DNA of 64,000 nucleotides from Eledone cirrhosa. Its lineage: Eukaryota. Below the pieces are notes generated by a model, which was not told the origin of the DNA, made no database searches, and was given only the letters and a program-made list of their open reading frames with translations. Within the stretch, counting starts at the first letter, position 1, and every line of letters begins with the position of its first letter. The position numbers and the translations under genes are program-made. The stretch is taken from the NCBI GenBank assembly GCA_964016885.1, contig OZ024743.1, positions 8,928,001 to 8,992,000 on the forward strand. The letters run 5' to 3'. This document shows, one piece after another, positions 10,764-24,397 of the stretch.

Positions 10764-11088
10764 ATGATATATGTATAATGAGATGTATATATCTAATGAT
10801 ATATATGTGTAGAGGCACGTGGCCACTTATAATGTCGTGGGTTGTTTAATCTTAGTTCAACCCTGATCCTATGACCAACCCGTCTTTTTAGTTATATTTG
10901 GGACTATATTATCTAAAGTGTCCTTTTCTCATTTAAAACAATATGTTACTTGGTTTATATTTCTTGTAGGTTGAGCGAACACGTAAAGTGGTTTAACTCT
11001 CACCTTAACATACTTCTAATAAAATGTATTGCGTATTATTTTTATAATAATTTTGAAAATAATCAAGAATTTGGAGAGGGTTAATAAT

Positions 11089-11305
11089 GGTTTCTTATAT
11101 AGGCACATGGCTAGCAATTTTGGAGGAGCGGGAAAGTCGATTAAATCGACCCTAGTGCGTGACTGGTACTTTATTTTATCGACCCCGTAAGGATGAAAGG
11201 CAAAGTTAACCTCGGCGTGATTTGAACTCAGATCATAAAAGGCCGTAATTCTATGCTGGAAAGCATGGCATCCACCCTCTACCGATACTGCCAATCCCGC
11301 CCTAA
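11089..11305 (-). mobile_element. SINE family 2 (long variant) with 16-bp TSD
   Basis: Direct repeat ggagagggttaataat on both sides (11073-11088 and 11306-11321). Confidence 0.85.
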
Positions 11306-12938
11306 GGAGAGGGTTAATAATAAAACTAAGTTTCTCATTATTAAGCTGGTGTTGGAAACGCAACAAAGATTATTACATAAAAATTCGATAGAAGGTTTTA
11401 GCTAAATATGGACACTTTAAAACAGCTTTGTATCATAGACCCAGGTTAGGAGTTTTTTAAAACTTTATTAATAAAGTCTATATTTTATATACTGCTGATG
11501 ATATATTTACAAATTATCTGCATCATTCGGCTGTTTTGTTTAAAATAATATATACTAGTTCTGACTGAAGGGAAAATAATAAATGTATTTATTTCCTGAT
11601 ATATATTTTCTAAGCTTTATATTAAAATCTTAGTGGTTCAAAGGCCTTCTCTTTCGTGCCATCCCTCCAGGATTGATAAAGTACATACCAGTTATACACA
11701 CGAGCGTTGTGTCAGTATAAGCAATCAATGGTTTTTTTTCTAAGACATTCCGTAAGTGGACTAATCTGATAATCATTGGCTCTCCAAACTACATTTAAAA
11801 GTGGAAGGCTGATCTTTGAGTTAATATTTCCTCCCCTGGGATCTTTCATTGTTCTAGAAATCTGAAATAACAAATACAGTATATACTCTTCTTATAGGTA
11901 TTTGTCTCTTCTCATTTTATTGATAACGTCTTATGTTTGAAATAACTGATGTGAATGTAGGACTTTTATATCAGTAATAGAAAAAAGTATTTTGTATTAG
12001 TTTCTGTTGAGTTATTTACAGTACTGTTCTCTCGGTTTTCTTTTTCATTTTTTTTTCTATTTCATACATAAACCTTTGTTTCAGTTGGATTTAATAGATA
12101 GACATTGAACTTGACATCGCACATCTGAAGTAAAAGTTCGCAAAGTATTGATTCTATAAAATATTTTTTTACGGAAGATAGTCAGACGAACTAACTAAAG
12201 TCTGAAATAACATGTAATATCGAACCTGTTTCTTCAGAACTTCCTAAAATTTTTCGCCTAATATCTGAGTCATACCGCTTTTAATGTTTTGATTCTCTTG
12301 ATTAAATTATAAATGTACCGAGTAACATATTTCTGATGTCCACCATGTATTTGAAGTGTAATTTACTTAAAGATTAGTCAAATGAGCATTCATTATTTGT
12401 ATATCACGAAATATATTGAATTTCACGTAATGAATTGGTCGGATTCTTCTGTTTCTATCAATAATGGACTTATTATTGCAAACATTAATCTTATCCTTTG
12501 CTAACCTTTTCGCATCAAAGTTTGGTTATTTTGATTTAACTTTTTGTTTAATAATTTCATGTGCTGTAGCATGTTTAAATCCAAACTGACAGCAAATAAA
12601 TCAACTCGGCTTAGATGTTAGCTAGACGCTGCAATTGAACTACAGTCTTTGTTCCCCAGAGTTTAATGATCAATAATTTGTCGGGTTGAGAATCGAGTTT
12701 GTCTTTCTGATAATCATTTCAAATGACATGGTTGGAAATAAATTTCTTATTTCTACTGAGGCTTTACTAAATCTCTTGTGTCAGTGAAATAGTTGACCAT
12801 ATATTATTTGAAAATATGAGTATTTAATAGTTTTTGTTCTAAATGATCTTTGCCTTTGATGAATGAATAGTTAGAGGGACCTTAACTCCCGATGGAGAGA
12901 GAGAGAGAGAGAGAAGTTTACCCCTCCCCCGATCTCAA

Positions 12939-13303
12939 AACGATGAAAGGCAAAGTTGACATCGGTGGGATTTGAACTCAGAGCACAACGAACCGGAACA
13001 AATAGAGTCAGTTTTAATCCAATGCTCAAACCATTCTGCTATTTCACCACCAAGACGAATGATTATATTGTGTAAACAACTTAAAATATTAGTTTTGAAA
13101 ACAAATATTCTTATATTTTCATATGGATATCAAAATACAAGAATGTTTGTTTTCAAAACTAATATTTTAAGTTGTTTACACAATATAATCATTCGTCTAG
13201 GTGGTGAAATAGCAGAATGGTTTGAGCATTGGATTAAAACTGCCTCTATTTGTTCCGACACCTGAGTTCAAATCCCACCGATATCAATTTTGCCTTTCAT
13301 CGT
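12939..13303. repeat. ~360-bp inverted duplication of a SINE 5' half plus ~90 bp of flank
   Basis: Arms ~12939-13120 and ~13128-13303 are reverse complements, including the non-SINE part gacgaatgattatattgtgtaaacaacttaaaatattagttttgaaaacaaa. Confidence 0.85.
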
Positions 13304-13335
13304 ATTTTCATTCCATTTCCTTTTTAGACGATATT

Positions 13336-13525
13336 AATTGGCAGTATCGGTAGAGGGTCGGACGCCATGCTTTTCAGCATAGAGTTACACCCCTTTACGG
13401 TCTGAGTTCAAATCCCGCCGAGGTTAACTTTGCCTTTCATCCTTACGGGGCTTGATAAAATAAAGTACCAGTAATGCACTGGGATAATTGATGGCCTTGT
13501 GCCAAAAGTAGAAGCAATTATTATT
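13336..13525 (+). mobile_element. SINE family 2
   Basis: A box tggcagtatcgg, B box gttcaaatccc, core and ATT tail. Confidence 0.85.
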
Positions 13526-14101
13526 TTCTAATTAATCCAAAGAGAGTTTTCAAGTAATTCAAGTCAATCTTCGGATGAAAATTAAAGATTCTTAACCCAG
13601 CCCAATTTCAGTAGATATTTATTTCAACAAAGTAATTGAAAATAAATACTACATTAGAAAAGTCTTTATTTGACTAAAATCCAACTTTACTCCGCCAATA
13701 TGTTTTCCAGATTGAAAAACAAGTAATAGCATTTAGATTGTTAGTAATAATAATAAATTCGGCGGCATGACATTAGAGATAAACGTTGTCTTATGAAATT
13801 TGAAAATAAAATACAGAAGTAAATGTTGTATCATGGATTCAACAGCCATCAATTCAACATTTAAAGAACCTTCATTTTCGAAACGGAAAGTAGAAAGAGG
13901 AAAAACAACAACAGCAACGAAAGATCGGTCACGCTCTTTGCTACTCTCACCTGCCATTTGTGCCATCGCATACTCCATACCTCCTTAGTCATCAACGTCA
14001 CCGTCATAGAAGAGCTAGTCAAACGGGAGTTAACTAAATTCTCGGATACGAGAAACCGATAAACATACAAATACACACGCATACACACAAATACACACGA
14101 A

Positions 14102-14186
<85 letters not shown>

Positions 14187-14282
14187 GAATGTATAAATAT
14201 AATATACCAGAGTTGGATTGGTACTTTATTTATCGACACCAAAAAGATAAAATATCAAGTTATCCTCGACAAGTTTGAAACC

Positions 14283-14339
14283 AGAGCACATATTCAATAA
14301 TTCAATAACAGAGCACATATTCAATAATTCAATAACAGA
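14283..14339. repeat. 27-bp tandem duplication
   Basis: agagcacatattcaataattcaataac occurs twice. Confidence 0.8.
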
Positions 14340-14484
14340 GGACTACTTCAATTTTTTAGGCTGATTTCGCCAGGCATTGTCAATTACTTCAATGTTTTCT
14401 CAACTACTTCTGAAATAATGGTAGAAAAATAATCATTTCAAAAGAGTTTCAATGTAATGTATTCTATACTAATAATACATCAAC

Positions 14485-14780
14485 CTAGTGTCCAAGGAGC
14501 CCAATAAGAACTGCCGAACTCCCACTGTCATACCTCCATCTCTCTGGCCCTCCCCATCTCTCCGTATGGTGAGAAAATGAGGTCCCACGTGCTGGCCTTC
14601 CCACAGCCCCGGCGGACAGAATGGAGAGACGTTTCACCGGAGGATGGTAAGGGAGATGCGCTGGAAGAGCCATTCCAACTCGAGAGGTTCACACCTGCGG
14701 CTGGCCAGCTCAGCGCCTATGGTGGTGAATAGAGAGGTAGCCCTAGGGCCAAGGACACCAGAAGTCTTCTGAAGTGTAAA
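14485..14780 (-). mobile_element. CRE-like LINE 3' fragment (second family)
   Basis: TSGVLGPRATSLFTTIGAELASRRCEPLELEWLFQRISLTILR, the end of a restriction-like endonuclease domain. Confidence 0.7.
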
Positions 14781-14784
14781 CCAC

Positions 14785-14819
<35 letters not shown>

Positions 14820-14821
<2 letters not shown>

Positions 14822-14920
14822 CGAAGGAAATATGGTAAGGAACTAAGTGGACCATAACGCACCAAAGTACTCAATACTTGAGGTTGTAGAGTGGGTAATA
14901 GGAACCAGTAAGACCCCGAA
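14820..14920 (-). mobile_element. Solo tail of the fold-back family at 22455-22648
   Basis: Reverse complement of 22549-22648. Abuts (TA)n. Confidence 0.75.
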
Positions 14921-15089
14921 GTTCCTTTTATTTATCCAAGAGAACGGCCCATATTATGATAGCGAATTAAAAAATATACTGAATTAGTAAACAAATAAAT
15001 ACAACAGTTAAAAAAAGCACTCAATACACGTATGAAAGTGCCGTCCGAACGAATATCCTCCACTACCAACTAATTTATCCTCAGCTTCA

Positions 15090-15212
15090 GGGTATCGGCC
15101 GACAAGATGAAGAATGCATTGCTCCAGAGGACATTGAGGGAGATGCGTTGGAACAGCTACTTCACCTCGCCGGGCTCACATCTGCGGGCGGCCAACTCCG
15201 CTCCGATAGCAA
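15090..15212 (-). mobile_element. CRE-like LINE fragment (diverged relative of 14600-14725)
   Basis: IGAELAARRCEPGEVK*LFQRISLNVLWSNAFFILSA. Confidence 0.65.
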
Positions 15213-15425
15213 ACTTACTTATTCAGCATATTTTATGTTTTTTTTTTGTATGAATTCTTTTCTCTATAACTAGGTTTTGTTGACACTTCGAAGTTTTAGC
15301 TCGGTCGATTCATTCCGCTGTGGTGGGATTCAGACATATTTATATAAGTCTATGTAAGTCTGAGTGATGAAGAATCTATTTGCAATTTAGTACCAAATGT
15401 GTGTGTATGTGTGTGTATATATATA

Positions 15426-15459
<34 letters not shown>

Positions 15460-15521
15460 ATAACTAGAAATTGATTAACATATACATAAACATGAATAAT
15501 CACAGGAGATAATTTTTACAA

Positions 15522-15980
<459 letters not shown>

Positions 15981-16507
15981 CTGCATCAATTCTGGAGCAC
16001 CACCTTCAAGCACGGCAGTACTTACGTTTTCAAGTTTGGTATTTATCTCATCGTTTTTTTTACTTCTCAAACAACGCTAGGTTAACATAAACAAACAGTA
16101 AGCATACACACATGTATATATGCATACATATGTACACACACACATACATACATACATACATACATACATACATACATACATACATACATACATACATACA
16201 TACATACATACATACATACATACATACATACATAGCTTCATACCATCATTATTGGAGCTACGGGTTATATACCAACCCGCTTAGACCAAAGTATGATTGA
16301 ACTTGGATTTGCGGACAAAAAGTGCAGCTCCCTAATTCATAGTCTACAAATGGGTGCGATAGCTGGCACCTTCAAAATTTGCAAAACATTCTTGCGATTC
16401 AAGGGATGACAATTTCTTTTCTTTTACAACCTTGCCACCAGGAAGGTGGCCGGTCAAAAAAAATATACTCGAAATTAAGAGAAAGAGACATATACATTCA
16501 CGCACGA

Positions 16508-16578
<71 letters not shown>

Positions 16579-16631
16579 AAAGCATGTATATGTCATATAT
16601 ATATATTTATGGTTGTATACATCTCCATACA

Positions 16632-16689
<58 letters not shown>

Positions 16690-16720
16690 GAGAGAGAGAG
16701 ATGTATGTATGGAGGTGCAT

Positions 16721-16760
<40 letters not shown>

Positions 16761-16901
16761 TTTATAAACAACAATCAAAGAGTGATTAAATCTTCTAAAC
16801 ATTCTTTGATTGTTGTTTATAAAGTATTTCGGCTCTATAATATACTTTATTTTACATTGAACTATTCTCATACTTGTAATTGGATCATATTTAATATTAC
16901 C

Positions 16902-16956
<55 letters not shown>

Positions 16957-16964
<8 letters not shown>

Positions 16965-17218
16965 TAACAGATTAAAGTTTAAGCAAATAATCGCGGCTTT
17001 CACCCTTAACGGGATCTTCTGAAACAAACAAAGTCAATCTGTCAGATTGACTTTGTTAGTTTCAGAAGACCCCATTAAGGGTGAAAGCCGCGATTATTTG
17101 CTTAAACTTTAATCTGTTATTTTAATAAATATTTGCTCTACGGTTCTTATATATTTGATATATATTTTCCTTATCGAGCCCTCTTTGGATTTTAGTCTTC
17201 AAATTTATTATTATTACT
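16957..17218 (+). mobile_element. Fold-back element, family A (variant hammerhead, CAGAAGA core)
   Basis: Arms ~16957-17041 and 17043-17127. agttt CAGAAGA cccc-attaa-gggt GAAA gc...gc TT aaact (17058-17108). Tail 17128-17218. Same family as 22190-22415 and 58966-59682. Confidence 0.8.
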
Positions 17219-17238
17219 ATATATATATATATATATAT

Positions 17239-17431
17239 AAAGGTAGAACACTGGAAGGTAATATCCGTAGTGGTAGAGCACTCAGTCCATGGGACGATTT
17301 TGGTAGAAGTAGTAACACGACAGTTAGTTCACCATACCGCGAAAAATTGTTTCACCTTATACGGGAGCTGAAGATCCGCATAAGGTGAAACAATTGTTCT
17401 CGGTATGGTGAACTAACTGTTGTGTTACTAC

Positions 17432-17436
<5 letters not shown>
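17239..17436. mobile_element. Fold-back element with minimal hammerhead at its centre
   Basis: Arms 17304-17363 and 17376-17436. gag CTGAAGA tcc-gcataa-ggt GAAA caattg TT ctc (17365-17401). Left tail contains gcactca. TA flanks. Confidence 0.8.
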
Positions 17437-17494
<58 letters not shown>

Positions 17495-17496
<2 letters not shown>

Positions 17497-17820
17497 GCAA
17501 AGCGCCCTTCCGATCACGAATGGCAATAGGATTTGCACCTACAAAGTTCCTCCTTCGAGGCACAAGTCAGGGCAAGTTTGTTTGTGGAAGGCCAGCAGTC
17601 ACCCACATATACCAGTCTCCCCTCTCCACGCCACTGATGTTATCCAATAGAAAGGCAATGGTCGATACAACTTGGCACCATTGACATCGCAACTCATTTC
17701 TACAGCTGAGTGAACCGAAGTAACGTGAAATAAAGTGTTTTGTTGAAGGCCACAACACACCACCCAGGCCAAGTATCGAACTCACAACCTCAAGATTGTA
17801 AACCGAAAGCTGTAACCACA
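17495..17820 (-). mobile_element. tRNA/CORE-like SINE with a different 3' tail
   Basis: Shares head and core (gtgaaataaagtgt..., gaactcacaacct) with 4086-4421 but has an unrelated 3' part. Confidence 0.7.
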
Positions 17821-17889
17821 CACACATATTACAGTATGTGTATGTGTACGTAAGAATATATGTATAACAAGAAATAATGGAACAAGAAA

Positions 17890-18105
17890 AAATAGTTTCT
17901 GATATAGGCACAAGGCCAGACATTTTTCGGAGGGGAAAGTCGATTAAATCGACCTCAGCGCATGTCTGGTACTTTATTTCATCGACCCCGTAAGGATGAA
18001 AAGCAAAGGTAACCTATGCGGGATTTTAACTCAGAACGTAAAGGGACGTAACTCTATGCTGCGCAGCATGGTGTCCGATGCTCTACCGATACTGCCAAAC
18101 CACCC
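17890..18105 (-). mobile_element. SINE family 2
   Basis: Core and head match the family. Confidence 0.8.
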
Positions 18106-18151
18106 AAGAAATAATAATTACGTGTTAGTGTATATAATTAAGCAAAAGAGT

Positions 18152-18450
18152 ATGGCGGCAAATTGGCAGAGTCGATAGAATGCTTTCGTTCTGACTCTGT
18201 TCTCGGAGTTCAAATCGAGCCGAGGTCAACTTTGCCTTTCATCATTTCACGGTCGATAAAAAAATACCAGTCTAGTACTGGGGTGGATTCTTCCTCTATA
18301 TCTCTTTCTCATTTCCTCTCTCTCACTTTCTATCTCTCTCTGGAAGAAATCTGCTGTACCCAGGCCTGGAGAGGGATGGGCTCTGCCAGGCTTAAACTGC
18401 CCAAGAAACGCCGTATGTTAATACTCTATCAGGAGTTACGAGACTATACA
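18152..18450 (+). mobile_element. SINE family 2-related element with extended distinct 3' tail (relative at 24698-24995)
   Basis: Head and core, then tctctggaagaaatctgctgtac...gctctgccaggcttaa..ccaagaaacgccgtat, shared with 24880-24990. Confidence 0.7.
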
Positions 18451-18910
18451 TACATACAATGTGGAGCTAATTTTATTGAAAGCCGCATCTCTGAGTTTTA
18501 CAGTGCCCCTAACTTTCACAATAAATAAACTTTAATGCTCATATTTTGGCATAAAACTCCATATATATCATTGAAATTTACTAAAGTGGCGATATTCATC
18601 GAATTTCGCTCTGTCGGTTTTCGAACAGTCGTATTGCCATAATACCATCTTCATTCGGTAAACAATTGTAAGAACAAAAACCAATTACAAGATTTTCTTA
18701 CAAATATGGTGTTAATAACATATAACTTCCTTTTCCGGTCGTGAAATAAAATATTATCGAAATCACCCTTTGAAATGTACGGACCCTGCATGGCCGTAGT
18801 GATTTTCATTCTCTCTTTTTACTCTCGTTTTTTTTTTCATATCTCTTGAAATATTGTATGGAAAGAGAATTCTATAGATTGTTTAACAAAACCCATACAG
18901 TATGAGCTTA

Positions 18911-19717
<807 letters not shown>

Positions 19718-19900
19718 TTGGGAGCCCCTACATGGACACACTAGAAGAGGAAGACCAAGGTTAACATATGTTGATGCCCTAAGGACAGACACTGGTCTGT
19801 TGGAGATGCAGGATATGGCAGCGATAATGAGGGACAGAGACCGCTGGAGAGAACTCGTCCATGGATCTCGGGAATTTTACCCGCCTTAGATAGATATAGA
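19718..19900 (+). mobile_element. RTE LINE extreme 3' fragment
   Basis: [32 protein letters not shown] followed by a (TAGA) tail. Confidence 0.75.
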
Positions 19901-19903
19901 TAT

Positions 19904-19975
<72 letters not shown>

Positions 19976-19978
<3 letters not shown>

Positions 19979-21877
19979 TTACAACGTGAGGACCAGAAAC
20001 AGGAGGTATTCAAGATTGCGAGGCAGTGTGTCAGAGATAGTTGTGATGTCATTGGAGAGAAGTGTATCCGGAATGATAAAGGTGAGCTTGCCCTCACAAG
20101 TGCTGAGAAGAAAGATGCATGGAAGAGTCATTATGATAGATTACTAAATGAGGAGAATGCATGGGAAGAAGAGACCCTACCCCACGTAGACCCTATAGAG
20201 GGACCAGCAGTACAAGTCAGCGGCAGCGTAGTAAGTAAGGCAATCAGAGATATGAAGATAGGGAAGGCAACCGGTCCATCGGGTATAGCTGCCGAGATGC
20301 TGAAGGCATCTGGGTCTGTAGGTCACACTATAACCACACGTATCGTTAACCAGGTAATACTAGAGGGGGCCATACCAAAAGATTGGTGCAGTAGCATCAT
20401 TGTCAACTGCTACAAAGGTAAAGGCGATGCACTAGATAGAGGAAACTATAGAGGTATAAAGTTGATGGACCAGGTCATGAAAGTAACAGAAAGAGTTATA
20501 GCACAGCTGATTAGGGACCGGGTGAATATAGACGAGATGCAATTTGGGTTTGTACCAGGGAAAGGCACCACTGATGCCCTCTTCCTTGTGAGGCAATTAC
20601 AGGAAAAGTACCTAGCTAAAAGTAAGCCACTCTACTTGGCATTTGTCGACCTTGAGAAAGCCTTTGACAGAGTTCCACGTGCAGTAATCTGGTGGGCTCT
20701 TAGAAAACTAGGAGTAGATGAATGGCTTGTGAAAGCGGTACAAGCCATGTATAGGGGAGCAGTCAGCAAAGTTAGGATTGGCAATGAGTATAGCGAGGAA
20801 TTTAGCGTACAGGTTGGGGTCCACCAGGGCTCTGTTCTTAGCCCTCTCCTGTTCATCATAGTCCTGCAGGCAATAACGGAGGAGTTTAAGACCGGATGCC
20901 CATGGGAACTCCTGTATGCTGATGACCGCGCACTCATAGCTGAATCTATGGTAGAACTAGAGAATAAATTCCAAACCTGGAAGCAGGGACTAGAGAGAAA
21001 GGGCCTCAAAGTCAACATGACAAAGACTAAGGTCCTTATAAGTAGACGAGAAAACAGAACCCAGATCCCCTCAGGGAAATGGCCTTGCTCAGTATGTAGG
21101 AAAGGTGTAGGTAGGAACTCCATTCTCTGCCCCAAATGCAAACAATGGGTACACAAGAGATGTAGCGGGATCTCAGGAAGCTTAATTAAGAATGTAGGAT
21201 TCACATGCAGCAGCTGTGCTGAAACAGCAAGCAAACAGCCACAGGAAACAAGTACCACCAATCTCTGGGAGGGCCCTGTAGAAACAGTAGACAGCTTCTG
21301 CTACCTAGGTGACCGAATTAGCAACGGAGGTGGGTGCTCAGAAAGTACAATAACTAGGGTAAGAACGGGATGGAAGAAGTTTAGGGAACTACTACCACTG
21401 CTAGCTGCAAAAGGCTTCTCCCTCAGAATGAAAGGCAGACTGTATGATGCGTGTATCCGAACAGCGATGTTGCATGGTAGTGAGACCTGGGCGCTGAAGG
21501 TGGAAGACTTACGTAGATTAGAGAGAAACGAAGCCTGCATGCTCCGATGGATGTGTAACAGTAATATACGTGAACGACAAAGCATAAAGGAATTGAGAGA
21601 GAGACTGAGCATAAGAGGAATCAAATGCTGCGTGCAGGAGAGGCGGTTACGCTGGTATGGACATGTGATGCGTATGAAGGATGACAGCTGCATAAAAAGG
21701 TGCAGAGCACTAGAAGTTGATGGAAACCGCGGAGTGGGGAGACCCAAGATGACTTGGGATGAGGTGATAAAAGCCGACCTTACCCAACTACACCTCTCAA
21801 AGTCAATGACACACGACCGTGACTTCTGGCGTCACGCAGTAATACAGGGTACCCGACCTCCCATGGGTACATGCTGA
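19976..21877 (+). CDS. RTE reverse transcriptase (partial; endonuclease missing) with PHD-like zinc finger
   Basis: NYRGIKL, QFGF, FVDLEKAFDRV, GVHQGSVLSPLLF, YADD; CSVC..CPKC..H..C..CSSC; RRLRWYGHVMR, GRPKMTW. Confidence 0.92.
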
Positions 21878-22180
21878 AGCATATAAACAATATGCCCCCA
21901 CTCCCCCCACCGCAAGGTGGTCGTGGAGGTGCCACGGCAAAAAAGCACCCAGCCCACACTGTAAAGTGGACGTGTAGGCGCCACGAAAAAGCACCCAGCA
22001 CTCACTGTAAATGAGGTTGGTGTTAGGAAGGGCATCCAGCTGTAGAAATCAAGCCAGATCAGTTCCTGTATGAGCAAGGCATGGTCAGCCGACCAGACAC
22101 TGCCCACAACAGGACAACCCGTCTAACCCATGTTAGCGTGGAAGAACGGACGTAAAACGGTGATGATGGTGATGATGATA
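19976..22180 (+). mobile_element. 5'-truncated, young RTE-clade LINE
   Basis: Uninterrupted frame 19976-21877, 3' UTR with a tandem repeat and (GAT)n tail, TA flanks. Confidence 0.92.
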
Positions 22181-22187
22181 TATATAT

Positions 22188-22408
22188 AGTAATAATATTA
22201 AATGTGAAGACTAAAATCCGAAGAGGGCTCGATAAGGATAATATATAAATAAAAATATATAAAAACCGTAGAGCAAATATTTATTAAAACACTAGATTAA
22301 AGTTTAAGCAAAGAATCGACGCTTTCACCCTTAACGGGATCTTTTGAGTTTCAGAAGATCCTATTTAGGGTGAAAGCAGCGATTCTTTGCTTAAACTTTA
22401 CTCTGTTA

Positions 22409-22415
<7 letters not shown>
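22188..22415 (-). mobile_element. Fold-back element, family A (second copy)
   Basis: Tail 22188-22282 is the reverse complement of 17125-17218. Inversion centre ~22347 lies at the hammerhead core. The plus arm has agtttCAGAAGA...GAAAgca...tgcTTaaact. Confidence 0.8.
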
Positions 22416-22452
<37 letters not shown>

Positions 22453-22454
22453 AT

Positions 22455-22646
22455 ATAGGAACAAGTATGACCCCGACGGCAGAGCTCAAGCCGTTTCGAC
22501 AGCTATTTCTGGACTGAAATAGCCGTCGAAACGGCTTGAGCTCTGCCGTCGGGGTCATACTTGTTCCTATTACCCACTCTACTACCCTAAGTATTGAGTA
22601 CTTTGGTGCATTATGGTCCATCTGGTTCCTTACCACAATTCCTTCG

Positions 22647-22648
<2 letters not shown>
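22455..22648 (+). mobile_element. Fold-back element, family B (3' half of a hammerhead)
   Basis: Arms 22455-22509 and 22516-22570. GAAA cggc-ttgagctct-gccg TC gggg is stem III plus cleavage triplet; the 5' core is lost at the inversion. Tail contains gtattgagtac. Confidence 0.75.
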
Positions 22649-22709
<61 letters not shown>

Positions 22710-22712
<3 letters not shown>

Positions 22713-22880
22713 CAAAGAATGTGTGGTTAGATACCAGGTGGACCATAACGCACCAAAGTACTCGATACTTAGGGTAGTAGAGTGGGTAATAGAAAAAGAG
22801 TCAGGACCACGACGGCTGAGCTCCGGCCGTTTGACAGCTAGATCCGAACGGAGCTCAGCCGTCGGAGTCCTGACTCTCTC
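22710..22880 (-). mobile_element. Fold-back element, family B relative, tail-to-tail with 22455-22648 across (TA)n
   Basis: Tail 22710-22792 resembles the reverse complement of 22566-22648. Inverted repeat agagtcaggac..gacggctgagctccg / cggagctcagccgtc..gtcctgactct. Confidence 0.7.
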
Positions 22881-22898
22881 TCTCTCTTTCTCTCTCTG

Positions 22899-22997
<99 letters not shown>

Positions 22998-24397
22998 TTA
23001 CTAGGATTTCCAGAAGTTGACTAAAGAGAAGGGACTTTTCTTATTTTCTCTGTTGTCATTGTCTTGTGCCCTCTTGATTTGATCGATGTTTGCTGGATGA
23101 TTTACACAACGTTGTGTGGCTTAATTAATCTGTTGCGTCATTTTTTACCAACATGAACCATCGGTTTTAACCATTGGTAAATAGCCTAACATAAATTATA
23201 TATAATCTAAGGTAAAATCCGTCGTATTTATTGATGCTAATGTGAAATCCCCAAAAGCTGGAAACCTCAAGAATTAGGGATGACACAAAGCCGCATGATC
23301 GTGTATAATATTATAAACGAAGAAACAGGAGAACAAAAACAGCAATGAGACAGAAGATGGTCCAAATTGAGAATATTACTTTAACATTCAGGAGATGTGA
23401 AAAACATCAGTACATAACGTTTCCGGCTACACACTTCTTTAGAAGCTAGAAAGCGAAAGATAAAGTTGAAGGAAAGCAGAAAAAATAGCGAAAGAAAAAC
23501 AGAATCATATATACGTTTGGGTTCCTATTATATCATGGCATTTGTAAAGAGGAGATAAGCGTGTGGACATGAAGACAAAGATGTTAGTGTGAGTATACAA
23601 GCAAACACACTCTTGGAAGAAGAAAATGTGAGTTTAATCTTTAAAACATTTCACTACTTGGTTATGTACAGTCATATTGAGTGCAGAGGAGAAGGTGTCG
23701 TGTCTTTTGACATAAACTGAAGGGTCCTCCTCAGCCCTTGTTTGGCAAGCTTGTACAACTATGTGTCTATATGGAAACGTACGCGCAAACTCACAGATAG
23801 AAGTACAGCTAAATTCTAGTCTCCGCATGCACAAAATCACACGCACACTCACGTTGGATGAGTAAATATATACATATTCACACGCGCAATTATACGTACA
23901 CAGGCAAGAACATGTACACACACTCTGTGGATTATAGGTCAGGTGTGCACATAAATACACGTACCATGTATGCGCATATATAAATCTATCGGTACACATG
24001 TGTACATGCAAATATGCACATGCTTGTACAAGCATTTCCTCTGCTAATATTGGATTAATTCGATTTTAATATACATCGATATTACCATTTAAAAGAGATA
24101 AAACTATCATTTTTTCCTACAATTCGTCTCCTTTAACTAAATAACTAAATACAAGGCGATAACTCATTAACAATTAATGGTTTCGGAGCAATTTTTCCAA
24201 ACTTCGCAGGCCATAGATGGATTAAAAGCATTTCTTTTACGCCTAAAACATGTAGCTGTTCGTGGAGTATGGAGTGAAAAGCATGTCACTGCGTATCTGA
24301 TGAATGAATAAATATTTTTAAACCATCATTGTTGACACTTTTAAACTAACAAGGATTCCAAAAACATGATATAATATGATATAATATAATATAATAT

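Noticed and set aside
18455-18910. Possible Tc1/mariner-type MITE
   Set aside because: Matching terminal inverted repeats could not be established.
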